A DNA stretch of 52,311 nucleotides from a virus (lineage: Duplodnaviria; Caudoviricetes), in the IMG/VR virus record IMGVR_UViG_3300005532_000255, positions 1 through 52,311 of that record; one strand, 5' to 3'. The translations under genes were made by a program, and so were the position numbers. The notes under the pieces are model-generated. The model saw nothing but the letters and a program-made list of their open reading frames with translations, had not been told where the DNA came from and made no database searches. Positions 36,733-45,203 of the stretch are shown here, in pieces (position 1 is the stretch's first letter; each line of letters starts with the position of its first letter).

Positions 36733-37722
36733 TTACGCGACGGCATTGTAGAAGAAGCCGCCCAGGTCCGCCCCGACGATCTTGTGGACATAGGCGGAAT
36801 CGATCTCGACGCGAGTCGATTCAAGCCACGGGAGGTAGAAGGATTTCAAGCGGGTGCCCTGGCTGGTGGCGCCGAAGTACCCGGTCCAGGCGAAGGTGTA
36901 ACCGGCGCCCGGAACCATCAGCCCCGGGGTGGAGGGCGTGTAGACGAGCAGCGCGTGGTTGCCGGCGATGAACGCGTTGGTATCGGAGGCTCCTTCGACC
37001 GCAGTGTTCTGGATACCGTCCATCACCAGAACCTCGTCCAGCTCGAACAGCGAGGCCATGATCGCCAGGGTGACCTTCGCCGGCTGGGGAGCAGTCTGGC
37101 CGTATTTCACGCGGTCGATGAAGTCCGGGTGGTCGCAGAGCGTGTCAAACACCTTGCGGGCGAGCACGAGCTTGTTGGGCCGGTACAGGCCGGCGAGCTG
37201 CACCGCGCGCTTCACGGTGCGGACGTCGACGATGGGCGACGACGTCGGATCATTCCACTGGAGAAACTGATTCGCGCCCGGCGCGCCGGCGACCCCGGTG
37301 TAGTTGGTTGTCCAGACGTTGTTGGCAAAGAAGGTGCTGGCCCACTGAAGTTCCCGATTGAGCCGCGCCTGGGTCGAGAGGAACATCGTCGCCTCCAGGT
37401 CGGGCTGGAGCACGCTGTCGGCGTTGGCGCGCACCTGGTCCGGGATGTCCTTGTGCAACGACCAGACATCGCACAGATAGCTCGGCGTGTTGTCGAGCCG
37501 GTAACCGCTGCCGGCCGATTCGGCGCCGGGGCCGCGCTTCTTCATCGTGCTGCGGATGAAGTCGCCCTTGTTGTAGACGTAGTAAACATCGCTCCGCTGC
37601 TGCACTGAAACGATGGGGAAGACTTTGTCGGCCACGAAGGCCTCGTCTTCCTGCCGGTACATCAGGGAGAGATTGGTGAGCGGCACGTTCACGTGAACGT
37701 CGCTGAGCGTCGGTTGCGGCAT
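36733..37722 (-). CDS. Major capsid protein
   Basis: 329 aa; HVNVPLTNLSLMY..E..FVADKVFP.VSV; position after decoration gene. Confidence 0.9.
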   Translation of the reverse strand: MPQPTLSDVHVNVPLTNLSLMYRQEDEAFVADKVFPIVSVQQRSDVYYVYNKGDFIRSTMKKRGPGAESAGSGYRLDNTPSYLCDVWSLHKDIPDQVRANADSVLQPDLEATMFLSTQARLNRELQWASTFFANNVWTTNYTGVAGAPGANQFLQWNDPTSSPIVDVRTVKRAVQLAGLYRPNKLVLARKVFDTLCDHPDFIDRVKYGQTAPQPAKVTLAIMASLFELDEVLVMDGIQNTAVEGASDTNAFIAGNHALLVYTPSTPGLMVPGAGYTFAWTGYFGATSQGTRLKSFYLPWLESTRVEIDSAYVHKIVGADLGGFFYNAVA

Positions 37723-37784
37723 GAAAATCTCCTATCGCGACGGACTACGCCGCCGGAAAAAGTGGCATGTTGGTTGTGCTGGTT

Positions 37785-38165
37785 TTACGAGTAGGCGGCG
37801 TTCGACTTGAGAATCAGAACAGCAATGACGGCGACGGCGGAGACGTTGGTGGCCTCGAGCGCCTTGGCCACCACGGTGCCGGAAGCCGCCTTCTTAAGCG
37901 TGCCGCCGGTGTCAACCTCCAGCAGGTCGCCGACGGCGATGTTCTGGTTGGCGCTGATCGCGGCCTTCGAAACTCCAAAGATGGCCGCGACGCCGGCCTC
38001 GCCCGCGACCGGTTTATCCTGGAGGATGCCATCGGCGTTTTTGGCGGCAGCCGCGAGCGCGAGGTTGCCCGCAGTGTCGAGCGTGACGGCGTAGAACTGC
38101 TTGGAAACGAGTCCACTGGCGGCGGCCGGAGCCGTCAGCAGAATTTGCGTTTGTTCGAATGCCAT
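37785..38165 (-). CDS. Capsid cement / decoration protein (DUF2190-like)
   Basis: GILQDKPVAGE...GVSKA...IAVGD...ALEA; between protease and capsid. Confidence 0.8.
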   Translation of the reverse strand: MAFEQTQILLTAPAAASGLVSKQFYAVTLDTAGNLALAAAAKNADGILQDKPVAGEAGVAAIFGVSKAAISANQNIAVGDLLEVDTGGTLKKAASGTVVAKALEATNVSAVAVIAVLILKSNAAYS

Positions 38166-38193
38166 ATCGGGTTGTTCTCCTTTTGTTTCCTCT

Positions 38194-38979
38194 TCACAGC
38201 CGGTTCGAGCTAAGGATCATCTCAGAGCCGGAGAGGCGGGCTTGCAGGTGCTGCACATACATCCGGCGCGATGCCTGCGTCAGCATGGCGCTATCCCGCT
38301 CCTCAAGATAGGCCTCGTAGAGATGCGGGTGCGCGCGCAACACCTGCGCGTAAGCCTCCGCGCTCGGCATCTTCCCGTTCGCCGCGAGCGACTGGGCGCC
38401 CGAGAGGATCTTATCGAGAGCGCTCGTGTTGACCGCGCCGAAGTTCGGGTCGACCTGCCTCCCGCTGCTTTCGGCGGAACGTTTGTCTTGCAGGTCCGCC
38501 AAAGCCTCGGCCAGCGTCATCCCCTTGCCGATGTACTCGGCCGCCAGCTCCGGCTTGCCGGCAAGAGCGCAGATCTTGGCGATCTGGCGCGCCTCAGACG
38601 CGTCAGGACGAAGGGAAGTGGAAGCCGCCTTCTTTCCCCGCTCGCCATCCCCGTCCTCCTCCTCTTCGTCTTCCTCGTCCTGCTTCATCCCCGTTTTCTT
38701 GCGGGCCTTCCTGGCGTCGGCCTCGGCGTCGGCGGCAGCCTCTTCCGCCTCATCGGCTTCTTCGCCCAGCCGTTTGGCTTCCGCTTCCGCCTCATCAGCG
38801 TTCTTGCGGGCATCCTCGGCGTCTTCGGACTCCTCGGCCTCGTCGGCCTTCTTGCGTGCCTTCTTGGCCGTCTCTTCCGCCTCATCGGCTCGCTTGCGCG
38901 CTTTCTTCGCCCGCTCGCGGGCTTCTTCAGCCTCCTCCGCTTTTTTTGCGGCGAGCGCCAGCCACTCACTCACTCTCAT
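38194..38979 (-). CDS. Nested in-frame scaffolding protein
   Basis: AAAGGAGAAAACA-ATG inside the protease gene, immediately before the E/A/K-rich coil. Confidence 0.65.
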   Translation of the reverse strand: MRVSEWLALAAKKAEEAEEARERAKKARKRADEAEETAKKARKKADEAEESEDAEDARKNADEAEAEAKRLGEEADEAEEAAADAEADARKARKKTGMKQDEEDEEEEDGDGERGKKAASTSLRPDASEARQIAKICALAGKPELAAEYIGKGMTLAEALADLQDKRSAESSGRQVDPNFGAVNTSALDKILSGAQSLAANGKMPSAEAYAQVLRAHPHLYEAYLEERDSAMLTQASRRMYVQHLQARLSGSEMILSSNRL

Positions 38980-39945
38980 TGTTTTCTCCTTTCGGATTGG
39001 TTCGGCGTTGATCGCCGCAACACTGTCCCTGTGCTCCACCGGGCGGCCCGTTGCGTTCTTGTGCGGCGCGATGGCAGACTCTCCCTTCAGGACCGGCGCT
39101 TCAATCTGTGCCCGCAGCGCTTGCAGGGCGTCGTCCAGCGTTCCCACTTCGTCTGCCAGCAGCGGCACCGCCTGGCCCGCGTAGAGGACGGCGGCCTCGG
39201 TAGCCGCGATCCGCTCCGTCCTCTGCCCCCGGTTCCGCGCCACGGTCGAGACGAACATCTGGTACTCGCGATCTACCTCGGCCTGGGCGTCCGAGCGCGC
39301 TGTCTTGCTCAGCGGCTCATGCGGGTTCCCGTCCGTCTTCTTGTCGCCGGCATAAATGTAGGTGTATTTCAGCCCGGCCTGCTCGTCGGCGCCCGATTGG
39401 TCCAGGTGCAGGGCGAAGACGCCGATGGAACCCACGGCTCCGGTCCGCGTGACGAAAATTCGGTCGGCGGCGCTGGCGATCACGTAGGCAGCCGACAGGG
39501 CGGCGTCGTTCGCAATCGCATAGCACGGCTTCTGCCCGCGCCACGAGTAGATCAGATCGGAGAGATCAAACATGCCGTGGGTTTCGCCGCCCGGAGAATC
39601 GATATCGAGCAGCACTCCCCGGATCTGCGAATCGGCGTAGGCTTGCCGCACCTGCTCCGCAATCCGCTCATAGGAGCTGCAGCCGCTCATGGCCCACAGG
39701 CCGGCCGATTTCTTCATCAGCGTCCCCTGCACGGGGATGAGCGCAATGCCGTCTTCGGTTACCTGGCAGCACCTGCGGGAAGCGGGTTCCGGTTCATACT
39801 GCGCCTGGAGTTGCCCGGGTTGCTCGGTCCTCAACTCCAGCCCAATGCGCGGGCCGATCGTGCGCAGGATGATGTCGAGCTTGTCGGGATGAATCGCCAG
39901 CGGCGTGTCGAAGATTCGCGTCTGCAGATGCGAGAGCAGCTTCAC
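38194..39945 (-). CDS. S49 head maturation protease with C-terminal scaffold (lambda C/Nu3-like)
   Basis: LDIDSPGGE, ALSAAYVIAS, VGSIGV; acidic coiled coil after an internal start. Confidence 0.92.
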   Translation of the reverse strand: MKLLSHLQTRIFDTPLAIHPDKLDIILRTIGPRIGLELRTEQPGQLQAQYEPEPASRRCCQVTEDGIALIPVQGTLMKKSAGLWAMSGCSSYERIAEQVRQAYADSQIRGVLLDIDSPGGETHGMFDLSDLIYSWRGQKPCYAIANDAALSAAYVIASAADRIFVTRTGAVGSIGVFALHLDQSGADEQAGLKYTYIYAGDKKTDGNPHEPLSKTARSDAQAEVDREYQMFVSTVARNRGQRTERIAATEAAVLYAGQAVPLLADEVGTLDDALQALRAQIEAPVLKGESAIAPHKNATGRPVEHRDSVAAINAEPIRKEKTMRVSEWLALAAKKAEEAEEARERAKKARKRADEAEETAKKARKKADEAEESEDAEDARKNADEAEAEAKRLGEEADEAEEAAADAEADARKARKKTGMKQDEEDEEEEDGDGERGKKAASTSLRPDASEARQIAKICALAGKPELAAEYIGKGMTLAEALADLQDKRSAESSGRQVDPNFGAVNTSALDKILSGAQSLAANGKMPSAEAYAQVLRAHPHLYEAYLEERDSAMLTQASRRMYVQHLQARLSGSEMILSSNRL

Positions 39946-41600
39946 TGCGGCCTCCGCGTCATCGGTCCCTTTCCGTTCACGCCGGAAACAGCGGCCAACT
40001 CAGCTTGCTGCTCTTCTTCCTCGAGTTGTTTCCCGCGCGGAGCTTTCGGGGCTGGCTCGGTCGGATTGGTTTCGCGCCCGATCAGCACCTTGGCCGGATT
40101 GGAGTCATAAACGAGCCCGAGCTGCTCGGCGCGGGCGTTGTCAGCAGCCTGCTGCGCGTCGATTTCCTCCGGGTCAAGCCCGCGGGAGCGCGCGATCATG
40201 GCCCGCGAGCTGAAGCCGTTGCGCACATCCATCTGCGCCGCTTGCGATTCCTTCAGCGGATCGACCCAAGCCCAGCCCGGAGCGACCCACACGACCTCTT
40301 CGTAGGGCGTCGGGTCATCAAAATATCCAGGGATGTCCAGGGCGCCGGACAGCACCGCCTCTTTGAGCCACCGGTTCTTGATCGGCTCGCAGGCCTGGTG
40401 GACGATCACGTTGTACTGGAACTGCTCGCAGGCCCTCTGGAACTCCAGCACCCCGGCGCGGATCGACGAGTAGGTCACCCCTTTCAGATCCGAGGTCAAC
40501 TGCTCGTAGGTCATGTTCAGGCCGGCGGCGAAACGGTGCGCCTGCACCCGCACGAAGCTCTCGAAGTCCGAGGCCGTGGGCACTTCGGGAAACTTGATGT
40601 CTTCGCCTGGAAACAGCTGCTGCAGCGTTCCGGCTTCGATTTTCGAGACGTCGGTCCCGATGTCGCGCTGCGGGTCGAAGTTCGAGACGAGCGGCTGCTC
40701 CAGGTTCGGAGAAGCCGGATTCGCCGGGGCCGGCGGCAGGATGCTGTCCTCCGCCGCGGGCCTGGTGATGAAACCGGCGAACATCGAGCAAACTTCCTTG
40801 CGAACCAGCTCGGCGTCCATGTACTTGTCGAGCGTGTAGAGCAGGGTCAGGACCGCCGTCATGTGTGGCTGGCCGCGAAGCTGGCCCGCGCGCAGCGGCT
40901 TGTAGACGTGCCGGATCTCTTCCGCCGGCACTTCCACGAACTGCAAGGCGCCGAGCGGGAAGAACATCGTTTCGCCGGGATGCTCCTTATACATGTGGTA
41001 GGCGACACGGCGTCCATCCTTGTCGAACTCGATGCCCGTGCGGACCACGTTGCCGTTCCTGTCGCTCGGGATGATGTTACGGAAGACCGGGACCTGCTCG
41101 CCCTCGATCAGTTGCAATTGCAGCGGAACAAACAATCGGGCCTTCGGAGGGCGCAGGCGATAGCGGATAAACACCTCGCCCGCCTCGAAGATCTCCCGCG
41201 CGATCAGGGCGAGCAGGCCGTTGAAATCGCTCTGTCCGGCGAAGTCCGCCTCTTTTCCCCAGCGCTCCCAGGCCTTCTGTAGCCTGGTCCGCACCTGCGG
41301 GTCCGGATGTCTCCAATGAGGCTGGATGCCGCTGCCGATGACATTGGACTCGAACTTGTCGATGGCGCTCGCGGCGAGGGGATTGTTGCGGACCGCGTCG
41401 CGGCTGCGGCTGCGGATATTATCGAGGTTGCCCCATAAGAGCGTCGTGGCGCCCAACCGGCTTGCCTGCCAGCCGAGCGAGCGGCGCCCGGTCGAGCCGG
41501 CCTCGTAGGGAGCAGTCGCGGAGGCCCTGCGGCGCAGTGGGGCAGGGGCGATCCGATCAGCGAGCCAACTCCTGAACCGTTGCGTTACGGTTGTCGCCAT
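39942..41600 (-). CDS. Portal protein, lambda family
   Basis: RSRDAVRNNP, GQLRGQP, YEQLTSDL..VTYSSIRAG, WVDPLKE. Confidence 0.95.
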   Translation of the reverse strand: MATTVTQRFRSWLADRIAPAPLRRRASATAPYEAGSTGRRSLGWQASRLGATTLLWGNLDNIRSRSRDAVRNNPLAASAIDKFESNVIGSGIQPHWRHPDPQVRTRLQKAWERWGKEADFAGQSDFNGLLALIAREIFEAGEVFIRYRLRPPKARLFVPLQLQLIEGEQVPVFRNIIPSDRNGNVVRTGIEFDKDGRRVAYHMYKEHPGETMFFPLGALQFVEVPAEEIRHVYKPLRAGQLRGQPHMTAVLTLLYTLDKYMDAELVRKEVCSMFAGFITRPAAEDSILPPAPANPASPNLEQPLVSNFDPQRDIGTDVSKIEAGTLQQLFPGEDIKFPEVPTASDFESFVRVQAHRFAAGLNMTYEQLTSDLKGVTYSSIRAGVLEFQRACEQFQYNVIVHQACEPIKNRWLKEAVLSGALDIPGYFDDPTPYEEVVWVAPGWAWVDPLKESQAAQMDVRNGFSSRAMIARSRGLDPEEIDAQQAADNARAEQLGLVYDSNPAKVLIGRETNPTEPAPKAPRGKQLEEEEQQAELAAVSGVNGKGPMTRRPQ

Positions 41601-41737
41601 TTCAGATAATCAGGTCAGCTTCTCTGTCAGAGGCCGCTTGCGAACGCTTCGAGACCTCAGACATGCTTACGTCGGCTTCCCCGGTGCTATACTGCAAGTC
41701 GCGGTTCATTCGACTCAAGGGCCAAAGGGATGCGCAG

Positions 41738-42679
41738 ATGCCAAAAGCCAAAGTCCTGGCCTTTATAAACTACAAAGGCGGTGTCGCAAAGACTACGACG
41801 ACGTACCATGTGGGGTGCTCTCTTGCACAGCACCTGGAGAAGCGCGTCCTCCTTGTGGATATCGACCCGCAGACTAACCTGACGTTCCTCTGCGCTTCGA
41901 TTGAAGACTGGGAGAAATTCAAAAAGAGCAAAGGCACGATAAACTCGATGTACCGGCGCTATCTCGAGGGCAAGTCGCTCGATCCGAAATACTTCATTTG
42001 GAAAGAGCCTGTTGGGGGATCGATCAAACGGCGCATTCGCGGCCTCGACTTGATTCCCTGCGATATTGACCTGCTCGGCGAGGACCTCGGAGGAGGTGAC
42101 TTGGCTGGGCCCATACCGAGTTTCGAACTCCTGAAGCGCCACGCGGGCAAGTACATCAAAGATCGGTCGTTCCTCCGAAAAGCTCTGCGCGAGGTCGAAA
42201 ACGATTACGACTACATTCTGATCGACTGCCCGCCCAATCTCTACCTAATGACACAGAATGCGCTGGTCGCAAGTCGCTGGTATGTTGTGACGGCTATTCC
42301 GGATCACCTCTCCACGATCGGTCTCAGTATCCTTCAGCAAAAAGCGCACAAGATCGGAGAGTCTTTTAGACACGCCCACACGCTCGCTGGGGATGATGCC
42401 ACTCCCGTTCGAACGGCGGAATTGGGTGGCGTTATCTTTGTCCGGGTAAGGCTCGGCGGTAGCATGATAACGAACGTGCATTTCAGCACAATGGTGCAGG
42501 TACGGAATTCCCTCGGGAACGGCGTTTGCTTCGACGGTCGCACCACCGAGTTAATTGGGTACGGTGAAGCAGCGGAGCAAAGCCTACCGGTGTGGATGAC
42601 CAATACGAAAAACGCCATCAGTGCAGCCGGAAAGGGCGAGTACCAGCGGATCACCAAGGAACTCGCCGAGAGGTTTTGA
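41738..42679 (+). CDS. ParA/Soj-family ATPase
   Basis: NYKGGVAKTT, VDIDPQTNLT, ILIDCPPNL; TGCTATACT at 41685-41693. Confidence 0.9.
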   Translation: MPKAKVLAFINYKGGVAKTTTTYHVGCSLAQHLEKRVLLVDIDPQTNLTFLCASIEDWEKFKKSKGTINSMYRRYLEGKSLDPKYFIWKEPVGGSIKRRIRGLDLIPCDIDLLGEDLGGGDLAGPIPSFELLKRHAGKYIKDRSFLRKALREVENDYDYILIDCPPNLYLMTQNALVASRWYVVTAIPDHLSTIGLSILQQKAHKIGESFRHAHTLAGDDATPVRTAELGGVIFVRVRLGGSMITNVHFSTMVQVRNSLGNGVCFDGRTTELIGYGEAAEQSLPVWMTNTKNAISAAGKGEYQRITKELAERF

Positions 42680-43245
42680 GTTTAGTGGGCACACGGAAAC
42701 GACCGGACTTTTTCAAGGCAGAGAAATTCCTGCAGAGCCTTAGCGGCCTTGTCGAGTCCCTTCCGCCGGAATCGGATAAACAGCGGGTTGCAGCAAATCT
42801 CGATCTGGTTATCGATTTCCTGAGCGAAATTAGGAAAACCGTGAGTTCGCTTCCTTCTCAAGAGAGCGCGACCTCAGTCCAGTCCGCGATCGATGGCCTG
42901 AATTCGCTCTTCGCGCGTGCACGTGCGAGCGCTCCGCTGGCCGCAGCACTAGGCCTGCAACCATCTGCCCGTAAACCGAAAGTCGCACCGTTGACGGAAG
43001 CCGACTCCGAACGAGCCAGGATATTGCTCGAAAAGTTGGAGAAGCTGCCGATCGACGATCTGCGAGCGAATCTGGAGAATACTTCGACAACTTCACCCCG
43101 CGATTTGCATGCAATTGCAGCGCTCATGGGGATAAGATCGACGCAGCGCAGCAGCCGGGAATCATTGGTGCATCAGATTGCTTCGAAGGTCGCCAATGCT
43201 CGTGGCTACGAAACGCTCAGACGTGGAACCGAAGATAGCGATTAG
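42676..43245 (+). CDS. Helical hypothetical protein coupled to ParA
   Basis: TTGA overlap with the ParA stop; C-terminal DLHAIAALMGI...SRESLVHQIA. Confidence 0.7.
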   Translation: MSLVGTRKRPDFFKAEKFLQSLSGLVESLPPESDKQRVAANLDLVIDFLSEIRKTVSSLPSQESATSVQSAIDGLNSLFARARASAPLAAALGLQPSARKPKVAPLTEADSERARILLEKLEKLPIDDLRANLENTSTTSPRDLHAIAALMGIRSTQRSSRESLVHQIASKVANARGYETLRRGTEDSD

Positions 43246-43426
43246 CTTCTCGATGGGCAGCACGCCTGAGATCAGGTTGGCTTCGGGGCAAGCGCCCGCC
43301 CGGCTGGCCGCTGCCGTGCAGCGATTGTCGCCGGCGCCTTATGCCGGATTAACTCGGTAGCAGTATCGACTCAGGATCACCGGCCCCCGACTGGTCACCT
43401 GCTCGGGACTGGCCGACTACTCCATT

Positions 43427-43633
43427 TCACCAGCCCTTGTCGGTGTACACGCGGATGTGCCGAATCGTGGTCTTGCCCTCGCTCGCTTTCACCTCGATGA
43501 CCGCCAGCGCCCGCGCCTTTAGCAACTCATCCATGGAGCGATACCGCACCTGCCGGTCCTGGAAGCTGACCAGGGTCACGCCGTTCTTGATCGCCTCGTC
43601 CAGCGCATCGATGTCGGCCTGCGTCCAAGCCAT
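43427..43633 (-). CDS. Head-tail adaptor (gpW-like)
   Basis: MAWTQADIDALDEAIKNG...V.YRSMDEL; between terL and portal. Confidence 0.88.
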   Translation of the reverse strand: MAWTQADIDALDEAIKNGVTLVSFQDRQVRYRSMDELLKARALAVIEVKASEGKTTIRHIRVYTDKGW

Positions 43634-43754
43634 TTAAAGTTGAAACCTCGTGGTAAAAAAAGCCCGGCGCAACCTGGCCTGATGTATAATCAATCACCAT
43701 GTCAAAGGGCGCAAGCGCTAATCCCAGCCCAATCACATTTGAGGAGATTGTTTC

Positions 43755-45086
43755 ATGAGGCGACTCTTGACTTGCACCTTGATTTGCGCCACCGCTGGAT
43801 CACATTTAGCTGCGCAGAATGCGTGCGTCGCGCTTCTTCGTCATGGGATTTACAACACCCAGCGGAGTCTACAGCTTGGCAGCTCAGCGTCGACCGTCTA
43901 CAATCAGGTTTGCTCCAATTACAATTCGTATAAGGCGGGTACGCTGAGAGCTGACGCTAGCGGCAGATACGGCTTGTTCTCGGCCGGCGCTTCCCTAACC
44001 AAAGAAGAAGTAGAAGCGATTGGTCAAGCCATGTGTAGCACGGGTTACTCAAACGAAGCTGCGAACAACCAGATCGACGCCTTTTCCTCTGTTGTTAGTG
44101 ATACGGGACGAAGGGCGTTTTCCGACTGTATCCACGAAGCCAACGCCGGTCTTGTTATCGAAACGAGTTATGACGAGAATATTCCAAATTTAGTTACGAT
44201 CAGCGCTCGATACAGCCCAATTGGGAATCCCGGACCACAGCGCGTAACAGGTATTGATATCAAGAGTGATGATCCTGATCCCAATCCGCCAGATACCGTG
44301 AGGGTGACTTGCTCCGGAAGCTTGGTCACGGCCGCAAATGAGCGCCAACGGCTGACACCTGGACAGGTTCTGACGATGACCTGTCGGCGCCCCGCTGCCA
44401 ATGACCCGCAGAACGCGTTCCTGATTCTTGGGAACCGAGCTCTCGCCTATGGTGCAGCAATTACAGTGGGAACAGATCTCGGTCCAGTAAGTTTTACGTT
44501 TGCGCCAATTTACGTTCCGCCGCCACCCAGTCCGATTAGACCCGCGTTCGTAGGCGAAATTCGGGCAATCGCCTTTCAGTCCACGGAACCCGCCTTTAAG
44601 GATCTCGTCGCAAATGGATGGATGGAGTGCGACGGCCGTGCACTAAACGCAGCTGAATACCCAGAGCTCTATGCAGCACTTCAGAACACGTGGGGAACGA
44701 CAAACATAGGCGTGACATTCAAGATACCTGACCTGCGGGGACAGTTCCTACGCGGCTGGAGTCACGGCTCAAATGTCGATCCTGAGGCGAATTCCAGAAC
44801 GTATGCCGACCCAACTAACCCGCATGCAGGGTGGACAGGTTCGAGCGGCGATGCCGTTGGTAGCAGGCAGCCTGACGCTTTTGCGCACCATCATCACCCT
44901 ATGGACATGAAGAAGCTAGAGGCATCTGGCGGACACGGCTTTCTAGGGAGTGGACTGCGGAGCAACTCCGACGCGGGTGCGCCTTGGGACCAGCCTGTTG
45001 CAACGAATGATGTGGGCAATACCTACGAGACACGTCCGAAGAATGTAGCTGTGATGTACGTTATTTACACAGGCAAGCGCCCCTGA
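43755..45086 (+). CDS. Secreted Cys-containing protein with C-terminal phage tail collar domain
   Basis: Signal peptide; VGEI...GWMECDG...YPELYA...FKIPDLRGQFLRG...ETRPKNVAVMYVI; TATAAT 43685-43690; GAGGAG RBS. Confidence 0.8.
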   Translation: MRRLLTCTLICATAGSHLAAQNACVALLRHGIYNTQRSLQLGSSASTVYNQVCSNYNSYKAGTLRADASGRYGLFSAGASLTKEEVEAIGQAMCSTGYSNEAANNQIDAFSSVVSDTGRRAFSDCIHEANAGLVIETSYDENIPNLVTISARYSPIGNPGPQRVTGIDIKSDDPDPNPPDTVRVTCSGSLVTAANERQRLTPGQVLTMTCRRPAANDPQNAFLILGNRALAYGAAITVGTDLGPVSFTFAPIYVPPPPSPIRPAFVGEIRAIAFQSTEPAFKDLVANGWMECDGRALNAAEYPELYAALQNTWGTTNIGVTFKIPDLRGQFLRGWSHGSNVDPEANSRTYADPTNPHAGWTGSSGDAVGSRQPDAFAHHHHPMDMKKLEASGGHGFLGSGLRSNSDAGAPWDQPVATNDVGNTYETRPKNVAVMYVIYTGKRP

Positions 45087-45203
45087 ACTGGATGCGAATC
45101 CTGGTCGCGTGCGCGCCGAGTAGCGTGAGGCCGCAATCAAACCGCGGTTCGTGTCCTGAGTACGTGTCGAAGCCCATCAACAATCCGCATCCCCAAGCCT
45201 AAA

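Noticed and set aside
38101-40110. Long plus-strand ORFs (669 aa here; also 25825-27048, 31711-32946, 40005-41282, 10060-10992)
   Set aside because: Shadow frames antisense to clear phage genes, expected from high-GC codon bias; no motifs
45090-45193. Inverted repeat GGATGCGAAT / ATCCGCATCC between convergent genes
   Set aside because: Only about 10 bp with a mismatch and a single copy; too weak to call a MITE or ncRNA
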